Shown here in pieces: positions 9,114 through 18,628 of a DNA stretch of 22,654 nt. This DNA comes from Deltaproteobacteria bacterium TL4. Lineage in GTDB: Bacteria; SAR324; NAC60-12. Position 1 is the first letter of the stretch. Each line of letters starts with the position of its first letter. The stretch lies in assembly GCA_051382335.1 (NCBI GenBank), contig JBBCAX010000408.1:1-22654 (forward strand), written 5' to 3'. A program made the position numbers and the translations under genes. The notes below the pieces were generated by a model. That model was given only the letters and a program-made list of their open reading frames with translations. It had not been told where the DNA came from and did not search any database.

Positions 9114-9353
9114 TCAGGTAAGCAGGAGTTCTTTTTTCAGGATGATTTTTTTTAAACGTTCATATTCTGCCATGGCTTCTTTTTCAAAATACAAATGAAA
9201 TACCAGCTCATTTGTATAAAAATTAATGGTGTTTTTTTCAATTTTAACAAAGAGCATGTGGCTTAAATTGAGATAAAACCCTCCGTGCTCCATGCCAATC
9301 GGAGCCTTTCCAACCACAGACAAACCAGGGATATTTTTTACTTCAAGAAACAT
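9114..9353 (-). CDS. Hypothetical protein, 79 aa
   Basis: Strong SD (AAAGGAG) before the ATG. Co-oriented with and 50 bp downstream of the 9404 gene. No family recognised. Confidence 0.7.
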   Translation of the reverse strand: MFLEVKNIPGLSVVGKAPIGMEHGGFYLNLSHMLFVKIEKNTINFYTNELVFHLYFEKEAMAEYERLKKIILKKELLLT

Positions 9354-9403
9354 AGTTTCTCTCCTTTCGTATTTTTAGATGAGACATTGTTATTAACGCG
9401 TTT

Positions 9404-10075
9404 CTAAACTTGAAACAAGATTTCCTCAACAAACACCGTTAACGCCTCGAATTGATGTTCCTGTAAAGAAGGAACAAGGCTATTGATCATTGAATGCACG
9501 GCTTTGGAGGCAATCATTGTCCCAAAATTCATAGTTTTGGTACCCCAGTTTCCAACTTCCAATCTTCTTGCGCCTTCCAAAAAGAAAAATTCCAGTCCGG
9601 CGTCCGATAATTCGATAACCACCTCTATGATAAAAGGCATATTCTCTTTTTTTCCTGGTTCTGTCTTAATGAGCTGAACCGCCTTTTTCAAGTTTTCGCC
9701 CAACTTATTGGAGATGGGAAAGGCAACATAGGATTTTTCATTTTGTTCCAGGTGCAACTCTTCCAGAAATCCCATCAAAGGGTGAAACTGCTCGTTGCTC
9801 AAGCCTTTCGCAACCTTGCGGATCATCATGTGCAAGCCCCCTTTCACCGTTTTCATGGCACCACTCACGATTTTGACACCCCAACCCGTCAAGCCAAAAC
9901 GATTGGTCAATCCTTCATAGTAAAATTCAATCCCCGCATCCGTCATATCAATCACAACACCCAATACCAAATCCGTGTGTTTCTTTTCGGGAGGATCCAG
10001 CCTCACATTCTTCAGCGCTTCAGACAGACGTCCGGACAATTCTGACGAAATTGGGAACGCAATAAACGAATTCAT
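9404..10075 (-). CDS. Hypothetical protein built from two ~110-aa tandem repeats
   Basis: SD AAGGAG upstream of ATG 10075 supports this start over 10105. The motifs AFPIS, VVIxxxDAGxEF, WGxK, HxMI and QFxxLxxFxEE each occur twice with a 112-aa period. Confidence 0.85.
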   Translation of the reverse strand: MNSFIAFPISSELSGRLSEALKNVRLDPPEKKHTDLVLGVVIDMTDAGIEFYYEGLTNRFGLTGWGVKIVSGAMKTVKGGLHMMIRKVAKGLSNEQFHPLMGFLEELHLEQNEKSYVAFPISNKLGENLKKAVQLIKTEPGKKENMPFIIEVVIELSDAGLEFFFLEGARRLEVGNWGTKTMNFGTMIASKAVHSMINSLVPSLQEHQFEALTVFVEEILFQV

Positions 10076-10195
10076 ACTTTCTCCTTCTGTATCATAGTGG
10101 CTCAAAATAACATGTTAAACAAAAACATGAATCAATACTTGTCTCTTATTAGATACGAGTTCCGGATGAGGAATGTAAAGCAATATTTGAGGATT

Positions 10196-13100
10196 TTATT
10201 TTTTTGAGGAGGGTTCAGCTACCGCTTCCTCAAATTCTACGGAAACTGTTTTAGAGACGCCAGGCTCTTCCATGGTAATTCCATAGAGCAGATTTCCAAT
10301 TTCCATGGTTTTTTTATTATGCGTAATGACGATAAACTGGGAGTCACTGGTCATCTGTTGGATCATCCTGTTAAACTTTGCGACATTGGCATCATCCAGA
10401 GGCGCATCCACTTCGTCCAGTAAGCAAAAGGGGCTGGGTTTATTGATGAAGATGGCAAAAATGAGGGAGATGGCGGTTAAGGCTTTTTCGCCTCCAGATA
10501 ACAAATTAATATTTTGTAATTTTTTACCGGGAGGTTGCGCCACAATGTCTATTCCTGCTTCAAGCACATCTGAAGATTCAGTCAAAATCATTCGGGCTTC
10601 ACCGCCGCCAAACAAGGTGGTAAAGACACTTTGAAAATTTTTATTAACCAGCTCAAACATTTCTTTAAAACGCCGACGTGATTCCGCATTGATTTCACGG
10701 ATAGTTACTTCGAGGTCTTTTATGGCTTTGTTCAAATCATCCGATTGCTGGGTAAGAAAGGTGATCCGTTCCGTCAGTGCCTCATATTCCTCAGGTGCCG
10801 TTAAATTGACATTGGCCATGGTATTGAGTTTGGCTCGCAGGACTCTGAGTTTTCCTGCAAGTTCGCTTTCTTTCAATGGTTCAAGATCGATTTCCTTGAG
10901 CAGGTCTTGGGGCGTTTGCGCATAAGTTTGTAACAACTGCTCTTCCTGTTGTACTCGTTGAAGTCGCTGTTCTGTGACTTTTAGCTCCTCTTCATGAAGA
11001 TGCTTTTGTGCCTCATCAAGCGCGTGTTGCGCCTTTTTCAAGTGGGTATTAAGCTCACTGTGCTCTTGATGTACTGCGGTGTAGACCCCGGATTGCTCCT
11101 GGTACAGATTTTTTAACTGAGCTCTTTCTTGAATCAACAAACTGAACTTGTTGGCACAGTTCTCAATAATTTTTTGGCTTTGAAGTATCTCCGCCTGATA
11201 CTCCTGGTGGGATTTCTCTAAAAGTTTTAAGCGGGACTGACCTTCAAGAATTTCTTGTTTCAAACGATGGCTGGTGTGTTGTGTGCTTTTTAACTGTTCA
11301 AAGGCTTCGGTGAGTCCCACCCGGTGTGTGAGTAATTCTTCGGAAAATTCTTCAACATTTCTTTTTTGAATTTCAATCTTTTCGTGGTGCCGATCCGTTT
11401 CATGTTCTAACTGTACCCGTTCCTGTTCATGAGCTTGAAGCATTTCCAGCGTTTGTTCCTGCTTCTGCCTGGTGTTGGCAATTTCATTTTGAAGTCCGTT
11501 AACCTCCGACTGCAGTTGTTGCCGCAATTGCTGAGCCCGCTTTAACTCCAAATGATGATGCTCTTGTTCTTTTTGAGAACTCAACAGGCTTAATTCCGTT
11601 TCATGCTGAAAACTTTGTTGTTGTTGAATTTTGCTCTCATGAGCGTGTTTCTGAGTTTGCAATTGTGTCAGGTTTTGCTCAAGAATTTCACACTGCTCCA
11701 GCAAGAGCGAGGTTTTGTGTTTGAGGCTTTCAATCTGGTTTTGTCTTTCTATGAAACCAAAAGACGCTGATTGAATTTTTCCAATTTTCGCGGTTTTATG
11801 GTGAGTCACATAAGTTCCCTGTTCAGAAACCCACTCTAAAGGAAAGGAGGCCTCCTCATTATTCGAAAGTACCTTGGTCCACAAATGATTGGGTTCTGTC
11901 GTGTAAATGATATTTTTAAAAAGTGAGGAGGCCCAATTATGGATGACAGGCGCAAATTGAATGAAGTCTGACAGGGCCTGCCCCGAATGTGGGACGGTTG
12001 CGGTTTGAAGCACTGGATTCACAGCGACAAAAGTGAGTTGGCCCCAACCTTTGGCTTTTAAAAAAAACTCAATTTCTTGTAGAAAACTGGAATTTTTGAC
12101 GATCACCCACTCCAAACACTCGGTCATAACAGGGGTGACTTTGGGGATATTTTCAGAAGAAATGGTAATGAAGTCCGCTAATAACCCCAGCACCCCCAGG
12201 CGGTCCTTGTCTTCAGGAACCTCGTGGAAATGCTGAATTAATTGTTTGATACTGTCACTAAAGTCTTCATATTGCGTTTGTATTTTTTCAAGGGATTCCA
12301 AATGGGAAAGGGTCGTATGGTACTGATATTGAGCCTCCTGGACTCGTTTTGCTTTTTGCTCCATCAACTGGCTCAGTTCAACGTTTTGCTGCAATAGTTT
12401 TTTGACTTCGGCTTTGATGCCGTCCAGACAACTTTGCGTTTCTCCAACTTTACCTTGGCTTTCTTGAAGTTTCAGGTTTGCCGCCTCACTCATTTTTTGG
12501 CTGGACCGTTCCTGTTCTTTCAGAAGTTCCTGCCTTTCCTGCAAGTTTTCAAGGCGTTCTTCCAGAAAATGTTTTTGGTTGGTCTGATTCGTGATTTGCG
12601 TATGAATTTTGAGTAAACGGCTTTGAAATTCCCGCAACTCTTCCGTCAAATCCCGAAGTATCGTTTCTTCTTCATGTTTTGAATCGTCGATTTCCTGAAC
12701 TTTGTTTTGCAGTTTTTGATGCTGCTTCGATAACTCATTTACTTTGTGTTCAGCCGTTTCCTGAGCTTGCGCTAACCCCTTGAGTTTTGAGTTTAATTCC
12801 TCCAATTCCTGGTCGTGTTTTTTTATCCATTCCTGATAATTACCAAGGTTTTGTTTTTCCAGAGCCCGTTCATTTTCCGCTTCTTGAATTTCCCGCTCTT
12901 TTTGAAAAATAGCTTCTTTCAAAGCGTCAAGTTGCTTTTCCCGTTGGAGTTGCTCTAATTCCAGGCGTTCAAGATCTGTTTCCTGAATCGCTTTTTGGTT
13001 CTGGAGTTCGAGTTGTCGCGCTTTATATTGTTCTATAGACTGCGCGGCTTCCTGTTCACGATCCCAGGCGTTTTTCCAACGAAGTGTTGAAAGTTGGCGG

Positions 13101-13789
13101 TCCACAAGTTGACTTTTATCTCGTACCTCAATGTAGGTTTTTGCTTTTTCAACTTGATCCCGTAGGGCTTCTTCCTGCCGATTGAGTTCTTGAAGCACAT
13201 CCACAACCCGGTGCAGGTTTTGCTCCGTTTCTTCTATCCTTTTTTCTGCGGAGAGACGTTTCGTTTGAAACTTAACAATCCCCGCGGCATCTTCAATCAA
13301 CAAGCGTCTGTCTTGTGGTTTCGCACTGACAATTTCTCCAACCCTGCCCTGTTCAATAATGGAATATCCATTACTTCCCACCCCGGTATCCATAAAAAGC
13401 TCGCGGATATCTTTAAGCCGGACGGGGGTTTTATTGAGTAAATAGGCACTCTCTCCCGAACGATACAATTTTCGGGTGACCGCGATTTCTGTATATTCCT
13501 GATATTTAGGCAGAATATCCCCCTCCGTATTGCTGAAGGTTAAGGTCACTTCAGCCATACCCAGTGGTTTTTGAAATTCACTCCCCGCAAAAATAACATC
13601 TTCCATGGCCCCGCCACGAAGATGCTTGACCCGTTGCTCGCCTAAAACCCATCGAATCGCATCCACCACGTTACTTTTTCCACAGCCATTGGGACCCACA
13701 ATCACGGTAATGCCATTCTGTTGAAAATTAATTTCAATAGGATTACAAAAAGATTTAAACCCCGCGGCTTTTAGACTTTTAATACGCAT
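10196..13789 (-). CDS. smc: Chromosome segregation protein SMC
   Basis: GFKSF, Walker A GPNGCGKSN, SIIEQG, long coiled coils, a central hinge, PPGKK, signature LSGGEKA, Walker B FCLLDEVDAPLD and QFIVITH. Confidence 0.97.
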   Translation of the reverse strand: MRIKSLKAAGFKSFCNPIEINFQQNGITVIVGPNGCGKSNVVDAIRWVLGEQRVKHLRGGAMEDVIFAGSEFQKPLGMAEVTLTFSNTEGDILPKYQEYTEIAVTRKLYRSGESAYLLNKTPVRLKDIRELFMDTGVGSNGYSIIEQGRVGEIVSAKPQDRRLLIEDAAGIVKFQTKRLSAEKRIEETEQNLHRVVDVLQELNRQEEALRDQVEKAKTYIEVRDKSQLVDRQLSTLRWKNAWDREQEAAQSIEQYKARQLELQNQKAIQETDLERLELEQLQREKQLDALKEAIFQKEREIQEAENERALEKQNLGNYQEWIKKHDQELEELNSKLKGLAQAQETAEHKVNELSKQHQKLQNKVQEIDDSKHEEETILRDLTEELREFQSRLLKIHTQITNQTNQKHFLEERLENLQERQELLKEQERSSQKMSEAANLKLQESQGKVGETQSCLDGIKAEVKKLLQQNVELSQLMEQKAKRVQEAQYQYHTTLSHLESLEKIQTQYEDFSDSIKQLIQHFHEVPEDKDRLGVLGLLADFITISSENIPKVTPVMTECLEWVIVKNSSFLQEIEFFLKAKGWGQLTFVAVNPVLQTATVPHSGQALSDFIQFAPVIHNWASSLFKNIIYTTEPNHLWTKVLSNNEEASFPLEWVSEQGTYVTHHKTAKIGKIQSASFGFIERQNQIESLKHKTSLLLEQCEILEQNLTQLQTQKHAHESKIQQQQSFQHETELSLLSSQKEQEHHHLELKRAQQLRQQLQSEVNGLQNEIANTRQKQEQTLEMLQAHEQERVQLEHETDRHHEKIEIQKRNVEEFSEELLTHRVGLTEAFEQLKSTQHTSHRLKQEILEGQSRLKLLEKSHQEYQAEILQSQKIIENCANKFSLLIQERAQLKNLYQEQSGVYTAVHQEHSELNTHLKKAQHALDEAQKHLHEEELKVTEQRLQRVQQEEQLLQTYAQTPQDLLKEIDLEPLKESELAGKLRVLRAKLNTMANVNLTAPEEYEALTERITFLTQQSDDLNKAIKDLEVTIREINAESRRRFKEMFELVNKNFQSVFTTLFGGGEARMILTESSDVLEAGIDIVAQPPGKKLQNINLLSGGEKALTAISLIFAIFINKPSPFCLLDEVDAPLDDANVAKFNRMIQQMTSDSQFIVITHNKKTMEIGNLLYGITMEEPGVSKTVSVEFEEAVAEPSSKK

Positions 13790-13872
13790 AATTCAAAACC
13801 GGTAAAAATTAGAAAGTTTCATTTTCGCAGTCACAGGAGAACTTGGCCACCCCTTAAAAAATACGTTATTTT

Positions 13873-13950
13873 TCGTAACCATTCAGTGGGTATTTGCCAC
13901 AGAGATACAGAGAATGAATATTAAATGACAAAAGCTCTGAGTTTCTCTAA
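13873..13950. repeat. Degenerate REP-like element
   Basis: CGTAACCATTCAG, then CCACAGAGATACAGAG (13897-13912) and an imperfect inverted copy CTCTGAGTTTCTCT (13935-13948). Confidence 0.4.
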
Positions 13951-14540
13951 AAAATGGCGATTTTTTTTTCAATTGCCTAACCCTAGGCTTTCATAATTTT
14001 GAGCAAAAAGAGAAAAATAAGAATATTTATAACCTTCTTTGATGATCATCATGGAGACTAAGAGACGAATTGAGGCATTAGGACGTCCATCACTCAGAAA
14101 ATAGGCATGCAAATAATTTTTCATCAATTTCTGTGGTGACGTCCTTGTAAAACATATTGACTAGGATCTACCAGACAAATTTCTTCCCGATCAACCTGGA
14201 TGTCTTTTTTTTTGGAGGGACGATTTCTTCGATAATAACGAGCGTATTTGAGCAAAGGTTAATGAACATCTATAGGAGGACTTTTTACGGAATTTAAAAT
14301 ACTTATGCAAGGCGATATTTGAAGAATTGTTGACTACCAGAAAATTTAAACAGGATACGTTTCGTGGACTCAAAAAAAGGAAACATCCCCTATTACTCTC
14401 GATTGTAAATATTTACAGCAGGCGAGAATCTGACTTGCCTTTCCTCTCGATCTTTGCGAAGTTCTAACGCTTTAGATCTAAAACAGCCTCGATTTTAACT
14501 CTTGTTCCCCTGTAATGAACTCACACAATGAAGGACAATT

Positions 14541-17033
14541 ATGGCATTATTGGTTCCGGTTAGTTGGTTAAAAGATTATATTGAAATCTCGATCAGTCCT
14601 GAGGAATTAGCAGAACGCCTGACTATCGCGGGTCTTGAAGTAGAAACCATCGAAAACATTGGTGAAAAATGGGAAGATGGCCTGTTTTATGTGGGTAAAA
14701 TATTAGAGGTTCAACCACATCCCAACGCCGATTCGCTCTATATCGTGACTGTCGATTATGGGGCAGCGGAACCTATCCAGGTGGTTTCCGGAGCGCCCAA
14801 CCTTAAAGCTTACGAAGGCAACTTGCCAGAGCATTCCTTGAAGGTTCCCTTAGCGCTTTCCGGAGCTCTGTTTGTTGACCCTCACAGAGGAACAGGAAAA
14901 CAATATGTCAGTCTCAAACCAACCAAGATCCGTGGCGTTCGTTCTGAAGCGATGATTTGCTCAGAATTGGAATTGGGGTTGGGAGAGAGGCATGAAGGGG
15001 TGATGATCCTACCCAATGAGGCACCAACCGGAACCTCATTAAAAGAATATCTCGGAGATGCTGTTCTTCATTTTGATATCAAAGGAGGGTTCAGTCACTT
15101 GTTGTCCATTCTGGGCATTGCCAGGGAAACAGCGGCGTTATGTGCCTTGAACATGGATAAAAGCACCGTACCTCAAAATCTGGTAGAGGCGGTGACGACC
15201 TCCGCTCAGCCACCCTATATTCATCTCAAAATCGAAAATCCTGACTTATGCCCTCGATATTCAGCGTTATTGATTCGTAATGTCAAGGTGGGTCCTTCAC
15301 CTTTCTGGATGCAGCAGCGACTTTTACGCTGTGGAATGCGACCGATTAATAACATCGTGGATATTACCAACTATGTCATGTTGGAATATGGTCAACCGCT
15401 GCATGCGTTTGACTATAAATTATTACAAAAGAGAGCCAGTGTTCATGTTCCAACGATCATCGTTCGCCAAGCGCGAGCAGAAGAAAAAATAACAACGCTT
15501 GATCAGGAAGAAAGAGCGTTGGACACGGAAATGCTGCTGATTGCGGACAGCGTTGGACCCATTGCGATTGCGGGGATCATGGGTGGAGGCGAAACGGAAG
15601 TCTCTGCGAACACGGTGGATGTGCTTTTGGAATCAGCAAGTTTTGAATTTCTAAATAACCGCAGAACCTCACAACTCCTGAAACTGAGAACCGAAGCCAG
15701 TGAACGTTTTGGAAAGCAACTGGATCCGGAATTGCCCTTAATTGCGGCGATTAGGGCGATACAGCTCATGAAAGAGTATGCGGATGGAACGATCGAGCCT
15801 GTTTATGGGGATTTATACGTGAAGAAAAAGGAACCCGTCTACTTGTCCCTGGATCCCGCCTATCTCAAACGACTGTTGGGCGTTGAAATTCCGATTGCTG
15901 AAATTACCCGCATCCTGAGTGCGCTGGAATTTGAAGTTGAGCCTTCAATCCCCATGAAAGTCAAAGCTCCCAGTCATCGAATGGATATTCAAATTCCCGC
16001 GGATTTGGTTGAAGAGGTAGTTCGTATCTATGGATATAACCGCATACCTGCCAGTATGATAAAAGATGAACTTCCGCCTCAGCGTGAAAACAGAAGACTG
16101 CTGGGGACAGAAAAAATACGTGACTTGTTGGTGAGTTCAGGGCTGGATGAAGTGATTACCTATTCCATTACGGATGTTCAAAAAGAAATAAGGCTCAGTC
16201 CGGAAGGTACTTTGGATCCCTCTCATTTTGTCGTATTAAAAAATCCGCTTTCTCAAGAACGTGCACACCTGCGTCGGAATTTACTGCCTGGACTCTTGAC
16301 CACAGCACAGCAAAATATCAGATTTCACAGTCGAATTGGTATTTTTGAAGTAGGTTCTGTTTTTCACCCTGAAGAGGGACAGTTGCTACCGAATGAGCCT
16401 CTTCGCCTTAGCATCCTGATGACAGGAAATCGGGTTGCTTCCTGCTGGCTTAATTCAAAGAATGAGGAAAAAGTCGATTTTTTTGACCTCAAAGGCGTTG
16501 TCGAAGGTTTATTCAGAGGGCTGCACATTCAAAATGTAGTGTGGAAAAAAAGAAGCATTCACCCTTATCACCCGGGGCGTTGTGCGGAGCTTGTGAGTCA
16601 TGGCGAGTCTTGGGGGTATTTAGGGGAGTTACACCCAAAATTTGGAAAATCTTTTGACCTGCCCGACCAACCGGTTTGTGTTTTGGAACTGAATTTGGAT
16701 TCGATCCTGAAGCACTGGGTTGACAATCATCCCATGTCTCCTCTTTCCAATTATGCTCCCATTTATGAGGATCTCGCTTTTGTCGTGGATGAGCATGTGC
16801 CTGCGGAAATGGTAACACCGCTCATCTATAGAGTCGGTAGGCCTTTACTGCAAAAAGTTGTGCTTTTCGATGTTTTCGAAGGAGCCCAAGTGGGGAAAGG
16901 GAAGAAGAGTTTAGCCTACGCTCTCACGTATCAATCGTTTGAAAGAACTCTCAGCGATCATGATGTTGAAGAAGTTCGGAACAAGATCATTAACCGGCTC
17001 AAACATGAATTGAATGCCACTCTCAGAGTTTGA
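14541..17033 (+). CDS. pheT: Phenylalanine--tRNA ligase beta subunit
   Basis: VPVSWLKDY, HPNADSL, GAPN, INNIVDITNYVMLEYGQPLHAFD, AGIMGG, DLVEEVVRIYGY, NPLS, FFDLKG, GELHP and C-terminal FDX-ACB (DLAFVV, KKSLAY). SD AAGGA upstream. Confidence 0.97.
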   Translation: MALLVPVSWLKDYIEISISPEELAERLTIAGLEVETIENIGEKWEDGLFYVGKILEVQPHPNADSLYIVTVDYGAAEPIQVVSGAPNLKAYEGNLPEHSLKVPLALSGALFVDPHRGTGKQYVSLKPTKIRGVRSEAMICSELELGLGERHEGVMILPNEAPTGTSLKEYLGDAVLHFDIKGGFSHLLSILGIARETAALCALNMDKSTVPQNLVEAVTTSAQPPYIHLKIENPDLCPRYSALLIRNVKVGPSPFWMQQRLLRCGMRPINNIVDITNYVMLEYGQPLHAFDYKLLQKRASVHVPTIIVRQARAEEKITTLDQEERALDTEMLLIADSVGPIAIAGIMGGGETEVSANTVDVLLESASFEFLNNRRTSQLLKLRTEASERFGKQLDPELPLIAAIRAIQLMKEYADGTIEPVYGDLYVKKKEPVYLSLDPAYLKRLLGVEIPIAEITRILSALEFEVEPSIPMKVKAPSHRMDIQIPADLVEEVVRIYGYNRIPASMIKDELPPQRENRRLLGTEKIRDLLVSSGLDEVITYSITDVQKEIRLSPEGTLDPSHFVVLKNPLSQERAHLRRNLLPGLLTTAQQNIRFHSRIGIFEVGSVFHPEEGQLLPNEPLRLSILMTGNRVASCWLNSKNEEKVDFFDLKGVVEGLFRGLHIQNVVWKKRSIHPYHPGRCAELVSHGESWGYLGELHPKFGKSFDLPDQPVCVLELNLDSILKHWVDNHPMSPLSNYAPIYEDLAFVVDEHVPAEMVTPLIYRVGRPLLQKVVLFDVFEGAQVGKGKKSLAYALTYQSFERTLSDHDVEEVRNKIINRLKHELNATLRV

Positions 17034-17036
17034 TTT

Positions 17037-17459
17037 ATGGAACAAAAAAAAATATCTCCGGAAAATCAATTAAAGCAACATCCTTATGCCGCGTCAGGCT
17101 GGGAACGCTTTAGAAAAGCCTTTACTTACTCCTTGGAAGGTTTCAAACATGCCTATCGTGTCGAAGAAGCCTTCAAGCAGGAAATATGGCAGGCTGTGGT
17201 GCTGGCCCCTATCGCGCTCATGCTGCCTGTCTCCTGGACGGGGAAAGCCTTGATGATTGGGAGTATGCTCATCGCTTTGGCCATTGAATTGCTCAACACA
17301 GGCGTGGAAGCCGCCATTGACCGCATCTCTTTCGAAGAACATCCTCTTGCTAAAGTCGCCAAAGATGTAGGCAGTACCGCGGTTTTTTTAGGCTTAGCCA
17401 ATGTTGTCGTGATTTGGTTGGGTGTTCTTCTGGACCGGTTCTGGCCCCTGAACTTGTAA
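17037..17459 (+). CDS. dgkA: Prokaryotic diacylglycerol kinase
   Basis: YSLEGF, EEAFKQE, ELLNTGVEAAIDRIS, HPLAKVAKDVGSTAV and 3 TM helices. Starts 3 bp after the pheT stop. Confidence 0.93.
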   Translation: MEQKKISPENQLKQHPYAASGWERFRKAFTYSLEGFKHAYRVEEAFKQEIWQAVVLAPIALMLPVSWTGKALMIGSMLIALAIELLNTGVEAAIDRISFEEHPLAKVAKDVGSTAVFLGLANVVVIWLGVLLDRFWPLNL

Positions 17460-17540
17460 ACAGCATAAAAACAGGGGTGAACCAGTCACGATATTTTAAA
17501 TCCATCCCTTCAGGAGCCAGACGGGGGAAACGTGGCTTGC

Positions 17541-18338
17541 TTAATATTTGGATATGATTTTGCTATAAACGTCTTCGTTCTCTCGAACCTTCACGATTTC
17601 ATCCCAGATCGCCTGACGCTCGGCTTCCGTCAATTTTGACTGCTTGGAAAAAATCATGTAGTACGATTTTGACGTATAAGGTTGTTCTGAAACTTTCAGC
17701 ATACCCTTGAAGCTTTCACTCTTGTTAAATAATTCTGCAGACCCTGGAAGTGTGATCACAACCCCCTTTTTATCACGAATCAGTTTTGCAAAGTTGTTTT
17801 GATCGCCTTTTGCCGCATCGACGGCAATCCCCAGTTTTTCCAAATCCGCAATAATGGAATAGCCTTTAGGAACCCGAACAGGTTTTGGCAGCGTGCTCAC
17901 ATCCCCCTTGTACACATAAGGATCCTCTTTATAAGTAACAATCACATATTCCGCTTGTGTGACTCTCCATTTTGATTTTTGCGCGGTTTTTGCGTCAGTG
18001 GGATAGTAAGCGAACGCTGCACGATCCTCTTTGTAAGAGGAAGAAACAACCGCATCAACCCTTCCCCTCTCAGCATCGTCTAAACAGCGTGCCCAAGGGA
18101 CAGGTTTGAATTGCGGCGTGTGGCCCAGATTTTTTAGGGCTTGATCCACTACATCAACGTGAACTCCCACCGACTTTCCCTCTTCCGCGTACGTAAAGGG
18201 GTACCAAGTATTTTCATCCGTACAGACATTGATCACCTTTGCGACTCCCATCGTTGGAACGATTAAAGCCATTAACATAATTACCAGGGTTCTACGAAGA
18301 ACCTTCACACTTTCAAAAAATCCAATAGACTGCTTCAT
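17541..18338 (-). CDS. Periplasmic substrate-binding protein (SBP_bac_3-like), with no permease nearby
   Basis: Signal peptide ending in GVA-K, WYPFTY...GVHVDVV, VPWARCL...GRVDAV, ERAAFAYYP-like DRAAFAYYP and YMIFSK. SD AGAGG. Confidence 0.85.
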   Translation of the reverse strand: MKQSIGFFESVKVLRRTLVIMLMALIVPTMGVAKVINVCTDENTWYPFTYAEEGKSVGVHVDVVDQALKNLGHTPQFKPVPWARCLDDAERGRVDAVVSSSYKEDRAAFAYYPTDAKTAQKSKWRVTQAEYVIVTYKEDPYVYKGDVSTLPKPVRVPKGYSIIADLEKLGIAVDAAKGDQNNFAKLIRDKKGVVITLPGSAELFNKSESFKGMLKVSEQPYTSKSYYMIFSKQSKLTEAERQAIWDEIVKVRENEDVYSKIISKY

Positions 18339-18628
18339 ATTATACCTCTTTGCATAATGAAACCTTTCATCGTTTTGATGATTAACCTTTTCGCTACACT
18401 TAGCGCTTGATTGACTACTTCTTATAGAACAAACGAAGATGACGTTGTCAAATGTAACTTGAAACTTTTTTCAGAATTTCCTATTGCTGTGAACAACGCT
18501 TCAAATTCGCTTTGTTCATTTTTACTCGGATCAACAGGGCCTCCCGTAAATTGGCACCTAATAAATCGGTTTGATTCATGACCGCAGAGCGCATTAGAAG
18601 CATTGAAAGAGAGGACCGCCCTTATAAT

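Noticed and set aside
10305..13441. Plus-strand ORFs within smc
   Set aside because: Antisense to a clear conserved gene.
13790..14540. T-box riboswitch or Phe leader peptide upstream of pheT
   Set aside because: No GGTGGNACCGCG T-box sequence and no short Phe-rich leader ORF with attenuator found.
18551..18570. Sigma54 promoter (TTGGCAC)
   Set aside because: No TTGC -12 element at the required spacing and no plus-strand gene downstream.
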